Shown: positions 42,598 to 55,264, counted from the stretch's first letter. The stretch is 64,000 nucleotides of DNA from Octopus vulgaris (GCA_951406725.2 OX597818.1:83452001-83516000), one strand, 5' to 3'. The notes: generated by a model from the sequence alone, not told the origin. Numbers and translations: made by a program.

Positions 42598-42725
42598 AGC
42601 TCCGCTCGAAACGTTAAACCCACCTTCTTCCCTTCTTTCCTGAGCGTACAATAATACTATATTTGTTCCACGTCCTCGCGTTGTTGTGTTTTATTGTGTT
42701 TTTTTTTGTGTTTTCCTGTTTGAAT

Positions 42726-42731
<6 letters not shown>
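42594..42731 (+). mobile_element. PLE-type tail repeat, truncated within the hammerhead
   Basis: GAAGAGCTCCGCTCGAAACGTTAAACC... matches 32140-32268 in reverse. Confidence 0.75.
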
Positions 42732-42795
<64 letters not shown>

Positions 42796-42835
42796 CGAGA
42801 AAGTTGTGTGTGAAAGCACGCGGTTGAATATATAG

Positions 42836-44462
42836 AAAATAGTAAAAAGTGAAAAAACTACTGAAGGCTTGTTTTAAAAGAATCAGTAAAGAATTCGTTA
42901 CTAAATCGGTTGAATTCATCCTACATAATAACCACTTCATGTTTGACAATACATTTTACCGTCAAAAGTCCGGAATTGCTATGGGTACAAGAGCAGCACC
43001 AGTCATAGCGAACCTAACAATGGGCTACCTGGAAATAATTATTTACCAGGAATCTTTATCAACCTTTGGAAATGCCCTCTCTCAATACATAAAAGAGAAC
43101 TGGAAACGATTCCTGGACGATTGTTTTATACTCTAGAATGAAAACACAGATAAACTCCTAAAGTTCAAAAACCTATTGAACAGCATCAACCCAAATATAC
43201 AGTTTACAATGGAATACAACCAAAACGAGCTCCCATTCTTAGATATACTATTTAAAAAAATTAACCTTAAAATAGAAACAGACATTTTTTACAAAGCCAC
43301 AGACACCAAACAATACCTACTTTTTGATTCATGCCACCCAAGACACACTAAAACAAACATCCCTTTCAACCTTCCAAGAAGGATATGCACAATAGTGTCA
43401 GAACAAAATACCAAGAACTTTAGACAACAAGAACTCAAAAACACCCTAATTGACAGACACTACCCAGCTCAACTCATAGAGGATGGGATCAGACATGCAA
43501 CAGAAATCGACATAGAAACTTTGAGAAAAGTTCAACACAACAACACACCTTCCTCGAAAATACTGCCTTACATATCCACATACAACCCCAGAAACAAAGA
43601 AGCCTTCACCATCATCACCCAGAATTTACCAATACTTCATAAGGACCCCAAATTAAAGGAAATTCTAAACATACATAAAATCATTAAAAGCTACAAACAA
43701 CCTAAATCACTTAAAAAGATTCTCACAAAGGCAAAATTGCTTTCTGAAATTACGGATGCAAAAGTAAAAAAATGTGGTAGACCAAACTGTGCAACATGCC
43801 CAAACCTTCTAGAAGGATCAGAATTCCTCTTCAAAGAGGGACAAATATTCAAGATCAAATCTAATTTACTTGTGCCTCTGAAAACATAATTTATGTCATA
43901 AGATGCTCGGGCTGCCACCAAAACTACGTGGGGTCCACGGGACTATCACTCAGACGTAGATGCACACTGCATCGACAACAGATTGCATTCCCAGAATACA
44001 GAATGATACCCTCTAGTGAGCACATTGAGAAATGCGCAAAGCAACTACTACCACAATTTTTAATCTTTCCATTTTACCAATATGCTATTGGAACACCAAC
44101 ACAAATTAGACTAAACAAGGAAACATTCTTCATTGAAAAATATAAGCCCAAACTTAACCACTCTAGCATTCTTATACAGAGAAATTCCCCCATTAAAAAA
44201 AAGGCAAGAAATATAAAGCGATTATCTCCCTTACACCGGAAGAAATCACTTATTACATGGAACTTATCTTTACACTTCTTAACGAAATCATAACAATGTT
44301 TTGAGAAATTTGAAAAGTTAAACACGAAACCGGTAATTTCTTCAAAAACTATCGTCACTGTATGAAAAACAATTATAACATTCTTCTGACATAATGACTC
44401 AAATATATATTTTTTAACCTTTTAAAACAAGCCTTCTGTAGTTTTTTCACTTTTTACTATTT

Positions 44463-44463
<1 letters not shown>
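42836..44463 (+). mobile_element. 5'-truncated Penelope-like retroelement (RT + GIY-YIG) with inverted terminal segment
   Basis: NHFMFDNTFYRQKSGIAMGTRAAPVIANL, RFLDD, INPNIQFTME, LPFLDI, DIFYKATD, SCHP, C-x4-C-x2-C knuckle, IYVIRC..C...YVG.T; one stop and a frameshift; 45-bp inverted repeat at the ends. Confidence 0.93.
44298..44349 (+). ncRNA. Minimal type I hammerhead ribozyme candidate with U3-A8 core
   Basis: Stem I UUUUGAGAAAU / AUUUC(U)UCAAAA, core UUGAAAA (44310-44316), 2-bp stem II, GAAA, palindromic ACCGGU, GUA cleavage triplet ending at 44335. Confidence 0.65.
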
Positions 44464-44499
<36 letters not shown>

Positions 44500-45299
44500 G
44501 TATGCATGTATGTATGTATATAAATATGTATATGTACATATGTATGTATACGCACACACATACTCATATAACTATATAGACAACCGAAAGATGTACTGAT
44601 AGTTTCATGCTATTATGGTACTTGAACAGGGATATTTATAAAATACGCCATGTATCTTAAATGAAAGCTTTCAGTGGTTCTGCTTATGCATAATATATAT
44701 ATTTTAATATAAATTCAAGGATATTGATAAAGTTATAGATAAGCAGATAACCAAGTAGACATACGAACTGAAATATAGTTAGCTAGGTATATGCTTGTTG
44801 AGTTTGTGTATGTACCACTGAGTACGCGCCTGCGTTCGTATGTTTATAAAGAGGGATAAAGCGATAATATTAAATTTAGGTATTTTTATGTACATAAACA
44901 ACGTGATAGATATAGAGAGACAGTTTCGCAAAGTGAACAGATACAGACAAGACAGAGAAATCTTTGTCAGTATTCATATATAGCGAGAGAAAATGAAAAT
45001 AACATGAGATGTATGCGATAGTGAATGTAGCGAGAAATAAACAAACATTAGGAATCCCTTGAAAGTAGCTGAATGTCAAGGATCGGACAGCTTTATGTCA
45101 AGAGACAAGATGTGCATGAGACATACAAATAAATACACAACTATATATTTTTTTTTCCTTTTTCTGTACCACGGGGAGAAACAAGTACATACAGAAATAT
45201 TTTGAAATTCATCAAGTAAGAAACTCAATAAAATAAACGAAGGAATAAATATATAAATAAAGTAAATAAACAAAGGAATAAATTTAACAACGTGAAAAT

Positions 45300-45332
45300 T
45301 CATAATGACAATGACGACGACGATTATGATGG

Positions 45333-45363
<31 letters not shown>

Positions 45364-46650
45364 GATGATGATGATGATGGTGATGATGAAACAACAGGAA
45401 CATTCACAACGACTATGACGACGACGATTATGATGATGATGATGATGATGGTAATGATGATGGTAATGATGATGATTATGATGATGATTATGATGATGAT
45501 GATGAGGATGATGATGATGATGATGGTAATGATGATGGTAATGATGATGATGATGATGATGACGGGGAGGAGGAAACAACGAGTTCCCTCTCTTATATAC
45601 GGACTTCGTTCGGCCAATGACGACGACGATGATGATGATGATGATGATGATGATGTTGATGATGATGATGGTGGTGATGATGATTGTCTTCTTCGTCTCC
45701 GTTGTGACCAACTTCCTCTTCACGATCCTTCTCTTCCTCGTCATCACAAACGCTATTTCGCCGTTTATATGACGTCACTGATAACAATGTAATCGATGAG
45801 AATTATGATGATGATACTCTTTCTGAAAAGAACCAGCGATCTGATGATGGTAGTGAGAGGAATGTGTTTAATGATGAGGATGAGGTGTAGGAGGAGTACG
45901 ATAATATTGGGAAGATGGTGAAGGCGACAACGTTGCAATCGAGGGTGTTTGTAATGATGATGATGCTGATGGTGGTAGTGGTGGTGGTGGTGCTACCGCT
46001 GCTGATGATGATAATGAAGAGATGGAGAAAGAGCGAGAAGCAAGATTGGAGGAAAGTGGAATGATGCTGTAGTAGCAGTAGTAATAGTAGTTGTAATAGT
46101 AGTAGTAGTAGCAGTAGTAGTAGTAGTAACAGTAGCTGTTGTTGTTGTTGGTGGTGATTGTAGTGGTAGTAGTTGTAGTAGTAGTAGTTGTAATAGTAAC
46201 AGCAGCTGTTGTTGTTGTTGGTGGTGGTGGTTGTAGTAGTAGTATTAGTAGTAGCAGCTGCTATTGTTGTTGTTGGGTGGTTGTAGTGGTGGTGCCGGTG
46301 GCGGCGGCGCCGGCGTTGGTGGTATCAATGTAGACGATGATGATGATGTTGAGGAGGAAGTGTTGGAGAAGGAAAAGATGGCTGGCAACGACGATGACGA
46401 TGTTGATGCTGAGGATAATGGTGGGGGTGATGGTGGAAGTATTGGTGGTGGTGGTGGTGGTGGTAGTGGTGACATTGAGTTTCATTGAGTTGATCATAAC
46501 GAAATTGATGTCACTGACTGTAATAATGCAAATGGCAATGTTTGCATCCATGGAACTCATGCTGATGATGATGAGGACGACGACGACGATGATGATGATG
46601 ATGATGATGATGAGGAGGAGGAGGAGGATGTCGACGACTATCATGATGAC
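45300..46650. repeat. Mosaic GAT/GGT/GTA/GTT trinucleotide region
   Basis: Direct reading. Confidence 0.92.
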
Positions 46651-47234
46651 AATGTGGACGTTATGTCACCTCGACTTTTAAAAAGAAAAAAAAATCATTT
46701 CATCGAATGAACTACAATGCCGAAAAGCAAAAACGAAAAAGCGAATTCCATCCCCACAGCACAATATAAAAAAAAAAGTATCTGCCACACATTTTTTTAA
46801 TATACATAAATCAATTAAAAAGAAAACACGATGAAGAAAGAAAAAAAGGAGAAAAATATTTTTTAAAATTTCATAAAGAAAAAAAAACAACCCAATAATC
46901 ATAAAATATAATTAACGGCCAAAAATATATAAATTTCATACTAGGAGAAGAATAAATTCAAAATAAAAGTCTTGATAAATAGTTTTTAAACTCGCCTTAT
47001 AGTTGTGATTTCACACATTTTTTCTGCTTGTTCATTTCATTTCTTCTAAAGTCTGTTGCGGAATGGCGGCATTAAAGTCAGTATTAATACTCAGAAGTGT
47101 TGGAATTGGTTTCATCAGCCATATATCATATCATTGAATCTTTGCAGTATGGAATAGGAAAACTGTTGCCATGGATTATACGCATCTGTCTGCACATATT
47201 TTTTATATAATATATTTTAATATTTTATCATATC

Positions 47235-47273
<39 letters not shown>

Positions 47274-47404
47274 ATACATATATGTGTATGTGTGTATATA
47301 CATATATTCATATAAGTATGTATACACACACACTCGCACACACACACAAACAAACTATATACAGATATATGTATATGTATATGTGTGTGTATATGTGTGA
47401 AGAA

Positions 47405-47600
47405 GTGTAGCTTAATTTTTATAGCCTTGTACTTGCGATCGCAAGATCAGGGGTTCGATTCCCTTACAAAGTGTGCGTCGTGTTTTGGAGAAAAACGAAG
47501 AGCACTTCATTTCAAGTTACTCCTGGGCTTTCACCTGTAAATGGGTAACCCAGCGATGAAACGGCGTTTCGTTCAATGAGAATGTTGGCGTGGTTACCGA
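47405..47600 (+). mobile_element. SINE family D, degraded
   Basis: GGGTTCGATTCCC B box, GCACTTCATTTCA, CACCTGTAAATGGGTAACC. Confidence 0.65.
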
Positions 47601-48182
47601 ACCATCAAGACAGCATCATTCTCAAGATGCAGCATGCAAGGAAGTGCATTATGTTCAGCGGTGTTTAACTACACGTGATAGACTGGTTGATAGAGTGATA
47701 TAGCGACAGTGATATGCACACATACACATGGGCACAAACACTACAAACATATATACATATATACATACATACACACTTAGACACACAAATACCCAGATAA
47801 ACACACAAACAAATACGCACACCCACCCACCCATATATTTGAACTCTAGCAATGAATTTCTAGCAATGTAGGTGATTCAGCACCCTTAGTCACACTCACT
47901 ATACACGCGCGCGCACACACACACACACTCATATATAATTAATATAAACAGCTAAACGCAATGCGATATCATAAAGGCAAATTCAGTCGTCACTAAGCGT
48001 GACAAATATTGCCGACACACCCACATTGCTAAAAATCAGAGTTCAAATACTCTTTCTGCTGTAGAAAAGGGGCAGATTTTTGGCCATTTTCCCCATGTAT
48101 GTTATATCGATAAGCTGCAGAAGGACATAAGCGGCTCCGTACCACTTATATCCTTGTCTTCTTCCCCGTACCCTTTATTTAC

Positions 48183-48291
48183 ATATCCACTGAAACGGTT
48201 TCACCTTGTAACTTCGGTTCAAATATAATTGACCAGTTGTAGGGACCGCTGGACTTATATCTGTCCAATTGCGGACAACAGGTGGTGTTTT
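48183..48291 (-). CDS. Weak candidate internal exon
   Basis: TTACAG acceptor, open frame KTPPVVRNW...PFQWI, GTAAAT donor; poor pyrimidine tract. Confidence 0.12.
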
Positions 48292-48499
48292 CTGTAATAT
48301 CTCACTGAGTACAATATCTTAAGCAACCTACGGTAATGTTTTAACTTAATATTTTTCGTTAGCATAGGTAATGCTCTTTGATAGTCATGTTAGTAAATTT
48401 CCTAGTATTATTATTTTATTGATAATTTCTTTTCACAACATTTATAACATCTTAATATATTAGTGAATCGTCAACGGCGTTGAAGAGCATCAAGATTAA

Positions 48500-48890
48500 A
48501 CTTGTAGCTTTGAAATGTCAGCTATCATAGAGCACTAAGAGCCGTACGAATATTGGCAAAGCGTTTAAATGTGTTATAATTTTCACTAGATATGAAAAGA
48601 TTGAGACCTTGACTCTTGGTCCACTATTAGTGAACATTGCAAAAATTGTAAGACGTGCATTAGAGATCTGTAACAGAGACTACGAAGACGTGATCAAACG
48701 CTGACTGGAGACCGATGCAGTTGGAAGGCCATATATATTGCAGTAGGATTCATTTCTGAGTATGACATTAAAGAAAATTTGAAAGTGTTGTCAGAGAATT
48801 ACTACGACATCACCTGCACCAATTTCTGGTTCTCAACATTCCCCCGACTTTAATCCTGTGGATTATTATGAGTGAGGCGCTTTTAAGATA
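48500..48890 (+). mobile_element. Tc1/mariner (maT-like) transposase remnant
   Basis: Around 48820-48875 reads NFW....PDFNPVDYY, resembling WPPNSPDLNPLDY. Confidence 0.6.
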
Positions 48891-48917
48891 GACTCTAATA
48901 TATATATATATATTATA

Positions 48918-48984
<67 letters not shown>

Positions 48985-49205
48985 GCACGATTTAATCAAT
49001 CCTATGTTATAGACCTGGTAGTTTGCCAGTAAAGCACGTTCACAAATGTAATGTTTGTTGGGTATGTAATTAATGAAAGAGACGGAAGATAAATACCCCT
49101 TTAAGTAGGTGTACTGTGTCCCACCCGCGAGAAATCGATGCTAGAGTGGTCGAAACGATTGTAGTGATCAATATTGATTTTCGTACACACACACACACAC
49201 ACACT

Positions 49206-49259
<54 letters not shown>

Positions 49260-49821
49260 TAGCAACATGGTAACTGCATCTGTTAGAAATAACAGTCAAG
49301 TCTCCCTCAAATCGCACAGCATCGTCTTAAAAGGTTTGGCGTTGCATACATTTGTCTTTGGTTTCCGGCATGTTTGGATAATAGATGAATTAACATGGGT
49401 GAAAGACCTACAATCAAATATCTACAGAATGAGAGATGACATGAGGTAAAACAACTACACCACTGCAAAATCAGTCGGGCGTCACCTCCGCGATTGCATA
49501 TCATGATAGTAATATGGAAAAGGATATAACTCGAAAATATTCGTCTAGGCCTTATATAAATAGGACACAATCGATTAGGCAAACAGCAAGACGATTTGTG
49601 CATGTTTGATATGTCTTTGTTTCGGGGATGGCTGATTGATCAAACGTTGTTTGGACAAGAACAATAACACTAACCTCGTAATCATCATAAAAGCACCAAT
49701 CAACGGTTGCGTTTGCTTTGCGTTGTTTGTTGTTTGTTCAAGACTCTTTGCGATCCGACTCCAAAAGGTGTCTGTTCTACATAAATTTCTAGATCATATC
49801 AATTGCCTGTTTTTACATTAC

Positions 49822-49925
49822 CATGGAGGTTACGTTTAGCAGGATCTCTCCTCTTGCATCCGTTCCATCAAGGCCCACTTGTCTGAGAATGACTGTGTAC
49901 AACCTTTTCACATGTCTTGCATGTT
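49822..49925 (-). CDS. Weak candidate internal exon
   Basis: TTACAG acceptor, open frame HARHVKRLY...LNVTSM, GTAATG donor; poor pyrimidine tract. Confidence 0.12.
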
Positions 49926-50179
49926 CTGTAATTGTTTCTAGACTCTATTTCGGCACTTAGTTAAAAATACAGATCCTCCTCCAATAACGCAAAACAGAAG
50001 GGAAAACACATCCTTCTCTTTTATGAAATGATGTCATCACAACTAACAAAACAGCTGTTGGAATAATTCTCATATCATCAAAATAATGCTGCTGCTGTAG
50101 CTGTTGCTGCCGTTGCTGCTGCTGCTGCTGTTGCTATTGCTGTTGCTTGTTTTCGTCGGCATCATCATTGACATCCCCA

Positions 50180-50248
<69 letters not shown>

Positions 50249-50393
50249 GTCATCATCATCATCCACATTATCTTCACCATCACCGACTCATAACGACAGA
50301 CCAGCCTCGCAAGTACAACCTCATCACCACTCACATCACTGATCCACAGAACCGCCATATTCAATTAGATTTCCGTATACACACATACAGATA

Positions 50394-50435
<42 letters not shown>

Positions 50436-50582
50436 TATATATATGTCAGTGTGTGTATGTATATATGTGTATCTATATTTATATATAATAATATATACAT
50501 ACACATATATATATATACACGTAAATAAATGCATACTCGTGTGTGTGTATATATATATTTAGACATACATCCATACATGCAC

Positions 50583-50644
<62 letters not shown>

Positions 50645-50929
50645 GTATATGTATATGCATGTATGTATTTATGTACCTATAGATTCATCGCTCACCTCAC
50701 TTACCTCATTCCTCCGATAAAAGATTTTCAAGGCTGGATTAACTTATCAATCAGCTCATGTCAGTACGGATTAACTGGGCTAAGGTTCAAATCTCACATG
50801 GGGATTAAGCATTGCCATCTTAAATCTCCTCTTCGGTCCGACATTAGATGGCAAACAATATAAAAAGCAACAGCTAAAATATAATAAATACAATGACGGT
50901 TGGCAGTTATTGAGACAGTGACTGTTACG

Positions 50930-51609
50930 AGGGAGAAGGTGATGGTGGATGCGGTGTTGGTGTGACTGTTAGTGGTGGTTGTGGTTGTGGTGGTAGTCGT
51001 GGTGGTGGTGGTGGTGGTGGTGTTAGCGACGGTGGCTGTTGGGGTGATGGGGATGCTCGTGGTTGTGATGGTGGATCGTTCTGGTGGCATTGATGCTGTT
51101 ATAGGTATTAGTGGTGAATGCAATGGAACTGGTGGTGATAGTAATGTTGTTGCACTTGTTGTTGTTGTTGTTATTGGTGGTAGTGCTGCTGATGGTGGTG
51201 GTTATGGGAGAGATAGTGTTGGGGATGGGGTTGAGGTAGTAGACAGTGCTGATGGTAATTAAGGCGATGGTGTTAGTGGTTACAGTAAAGATGCTAATGA
51301 TGAAGAGGACGGGTAGGAAGGGGAGAGGTGGCCGAGGATGAAGATGATGAAGATGATGGTGATGATGATAATAACGACGACATGAGGATGATGACAACGA
51401 CGATCATTATAACGACCACATGACGATGAAGATAATGATGACGACGACGAAGATGATGTTGATGATGATGATGATGATAATGGTGATGAATATTTTGATG
51501 ATGATGATGATGTGGTGGTGATGATGATGATGATGATGATGATGGTGATGATGATTATATTGATGATGATGATGGTGGTGGTGGTGATGGTGATGATTAT
51601 GATGATGAA

Positions 51610-51646
<37 letters not shown>

Positions 51647-51925
51647 GTGATGATGATATCGAGGATGATGACGATAATGCTGCTGATGATGTTGATCGTG
51701 ATCATGATTGCGATGCCGATGACGATGGCGGTGATAATTATGATGATGAGGACAATGACAGTGACGATGATGACGTGGGGGGTGATGGCGATGATGATGA
51801 TGATGATTGTGGGGGTTGATGTGGAAATGATGATGATGATGATAGTGGTGGAAATGGTGAGGTTCACGACCTTTAAATGAACTATGCTTAGGATCACAGT
51901 AATGATGATAATAATAATATGATGT
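50930..51925. repeat. Mosaic GGT/GAT trinucleotide region
   Basis: Direct reading. Confidence 0.92.
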
Positions 51926-52080
51926 TAGAGACAGACATTGGTGTCGATGGTTGTGGGGATCAAGCTTCCATTTTCAGACAGCAGCATGTGTGCCTATAGA
52001 CTGAGCGAGATATTAGTGTTACTTCATTTGGTCGCACAGAAGCTATGTCGTAGATCGAGAATGATATTAAAGAAGATAAT

Positions 52081-52283
52081 CCTTTCTACTATTGGTACAA
52101 AGCCTGAAATTGGGGTGGAGGGGGATAGTCGAATTCATCAACCCCAGTACTCAACTGGTACATATTTTATCGACTCCAGAAGGATGAAAGACAAAGTCGA
52201 TCTCGGCGGAATTTGAACTCGGAACGTAACGGCAGACGAAATGTGGCTACGCATTTCGCCCTGCGTGCTAACGATCCTGCCTT
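52081..52283 (-). mobile_element. SINE family B monomer
   Basis: Match to 29315-29534. Confidence 0.88.
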
Positions 52284-52287
52284 ATGT

Positions 52288-52336
52288 TGAAGAAGAAGAA
52301 GAAGAAGGAGAAGAAGAAGAAGAAGAAGAAGAAGAA

Positions 52337-52368
<32 letters not shown>

Positions 52369-52380
52369 AGAAGATGATGG

Positions 52381-52453
<73 letters not shown>
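52288..52453. repeat. (GAA)n(GAT)n tract
   Basis: Direct reading. Confidence 0.95.
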
Positions 52454-52456
<3 letters not shown>

Positions 52457-52469
52457 AGTGCTAATGTTG

Positions 52470-52683
52470 TTGATGTTTGAAATATCATCAAATCTGATCG
52501 AAGTATTTCAAAATGTGACCGTCTTGTTGAGTCATATCCGGGGGTCTCAAATTGATGATAGAGGTGGCGTTAAGGTTTGTGTTATTGTTGTTATTAAAAA
52601 TCTCGTCAAAACTCATAGAGGTCTTTCCAAAGGTGACCATATTGTTGAGTTATATCCCGGGGTCACATCTTGTTGATAATGGT
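52470..52683 (+). repeat. Diverged tandem duplication, two 96-bp units at 118-bp period
   Basis: 52470-52565 vs 52588-52683 align without gaps, 73/96 identical by hand count. Confidence 0.85.
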
Positions 52684-52770
52684 GAAAGCCCTTACGTTAG
52701 CAAATGTATAATGGTAGAGACATCAACAGCACCGACGCAGACTACGACCTCGATAATGATGCTGACGACG

Positions 52771-52840
<70 letters not shown>

Positions 52841-53419
52841 CGAGGACGATGATGACGATGTTGATGATGATGATGATGGTGTTGTTGTTGTTGTTGGTGG
52901 TGGTGGTGATGATGATGATGCTGATGCTAGTGGTGGTGGTGATGGCAATGAAGATGACGATGATGATGATGGTGATGAGGTTGCTGGTGGTGGTAGTAAT
53001 GGCGATAGTGGGTTAGGTGGCGGTGCTCTTCGTGTGGGTGTCGGTATTTTAATTGAGATATTAATGTCTATTTGTTGGTGTCGTTGATTGTTTTGTTGAG
53101 AGAGAAGGACTTGCTCTGCTAGAGAAAAAAATACCGAATCCCCTTTCAAACACGCCCCTTACTTTCTCAGAATAATATGAATGTATGTGATGACTCAATT
53201 CTGGACATCTTTATTTTATGATAACCGACATAAACGTTGGTTGGTTTATTGGTTCAGTGCTTCATTGGTTTATCCTGTTTTACATCTTATAGGGAAAATG
53301 TGTATAGGAAATACTGATATAATAAGAGGTGCAAATGGATGCACATACTAGGCCTGGTGGCAGGTAAGGAGTAAACGAACACGTGTGCGTGAGCAGGAAG
53401 CGAGATCATTCAGATAGGT

Positions 53420-53800
53420 GAGGTGAGGGGAAAGAAGGAAAAGAGGATGAGAGAATGAGAAGGAGGACAAGGAGGAAAACGAGAAAGAAGGGGATGATAA
53501 AGAAGAGAAAGAGGAGGACGAGTAAAAGGAAAAAAATGAAGAAGAAGAGGAGGAAGTTGATAAAGAAGAGGATGAATAAACAGATAGAGAAGAAAAGGAG
53601 GAGGAGGAGACGGAGGAGTACGACGAAAACGACGATGAGGAAGACGAGGGAGAGGATGTAAAGGATGAGGAGGATGAGGACAAGGGAGACAATGAGATCG
53701 AGAAGGAAGAGGGGAAGTTTTGGAGGAGGAGAGAGTAAGACGAAGAAAAGTGGACGAATCGGATGTGGACAAGGAGGACGAGGAGGAGGTGGAAGTGAGG
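53420..53800. repeat. Polypurine GAG/GAA-rich low-complexity tract
   Basis: Direct reading. Confidence 0.9.
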
Positions 53801-54024
53801 AATTAAATGACAGAGTTATACTAATTTAAAATCTGTGTTTCCAATTTTATTTTAAAGTAATAAACTTTTTCCTGCAAATGAATATTCTTTCCATGGTTTT
53901 GTATAGAAACAATAAGAGATTTGATAAAAGTAAAACGAAAATTAAAGTACGAGTACTACATTTCCTGATATTATTCATGGCGGCAAAAGTTTACTTCCAG
54001 AATTCCGGTGACACTTAAGTCAGT

Positions 54025-54345
54025 TCTATATTTGAGAGATGAGGAATTATGTACATTATTTACATTTGACTGATATTTGTCCTCATCTTGTTTGTTGTTA
54101 ACACAACGTTTCGACTGATATACCCTCCAGCCTTCATCAGGCATCATGGGGAAATTTCGAACCTGGGTTCTGATTCCTAAGGTATTTTTCGAGTTTTTAA
54201 AATTATCGTTGTTGTTTTTGTTGTTGTTGTTGTTATTATTATCATTATTATTATTATTATTATTATTATTAAGGTCACTGCCTGGAATCGAACTCGAAAT
54301 CGTAGGGTTAGTAGCCCACGCCCTTAACGACTATGCCATATGCCC
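54025..54345 (-). mobile_element. tRNA-headed SINE-like element with (TAA)n linker and hammerhead-containing tail
   Basis: Head 54345-54273 with A box TGGCATAGTCG and B box GTTCGATTC; TAA/CAA linker; hammerhead at 54146-54100. Confidence 0.7.
54100..54146 (-). ncRNA. Minimal type I hammerhead ribozyme candidate
   Basis: GAUGC-CUGAUGA-A-GGCUGG-AGGGUAUA-UCAGUC-GAAACGUU-GUGUU; canonical core, 6-bp stem II, G-U-rich stem I. Confidence 0.7.
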
Positions 54346-54519
54346 TTGATATATGGCATGTAAATAATGAACACTTATGTCGTATAATATTTCAAGGGAA
54401 TTACACGGGATGGTCATGATCATATTAAGCCTCACTGGATGAAATTTTGACACAATAGAATTATAAATACCGATGATTGGATTTCAGGATATTACTGAGT
54501 TTTCCTTAAGTGGCGGTGA

Positions 54520-55264
54520 AGTCATTTTGGTGATGGTGGTGGTTGTGTAAGTGTTTGGATGAGGTGTAGAGGTAGGGTGCTAGTGGTAGGTGAGTGTCTG
54601 TAGGGATGAGTGGTAGCGATGTTGCTGTGTTAGTAGAGAGATGTGGGCTAGTGTTAATTTTGGTAGTGGTGGTAGCGGTGATGGTGATGGGACATTTTTT
54701 TAGAACGTTCGTTGGAGGGGGGTGTGGTGGTGGTGGCTATGGTCACGGTGGAGGTGGAGTATATGTAGGGAAGAGGAATGGAGGTGGTGGCGAGTCTGAA
54801 GAATTAAATAGTAGTGATGGAGCCAGTGATGTTGGTAATAGTAGTGGTCGTGGTGATGGTGGTAGTGTTGTGGAGGTTGTGGTGGTAGTGCTGATCGTGA
54901 TGGTGTTGTGGTGTTATCGGTAGCAGTGGTGGTATATTTGATTGAATGGTTGATGAAAGGGGGATACTTGTACGGATGATTCCTGGAGGTGGTGGTGTTG
55001 GTGTTGGTGGAGGTTATGTAGGGATGAAGTATAGAGGTTGTGGTTGTAGTGGTGGTGGCGGCAGCACTAATAATGATGTTGTTGCTGTTGTTGTGGTGGT
55101 GGTAGTGTTGTTGTTGGTGGTGGTGATGCTGGTGGGGGTGTTCTTCGAGGTGGTGGTTGTGGCGGTGGTGGTAGTAGTGGTGGTGGTGGTGGTGTGCTGG
55201 AAAGGTTGAGTGTTAATTGTTACCGCATGAAGCGATGTCTATTTTGGGCCTTGTTATGGTGCAA

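Noticed and set aside
45076-45792. Poly-His/Asp/Met ORFs resembling biomineralisation or metal-binding proteins (also 50104, 51280-53149)
   Set aside because: Repeat register shifts between frames, no signal peptide or splice structure, and several overlapping frames are equally open.
49850-49925. CKTCEK...SFSDKWAL zinc-finger-like string on the minus strand
   Set aside because: Needs a frameshift and lacks the two His ligands.
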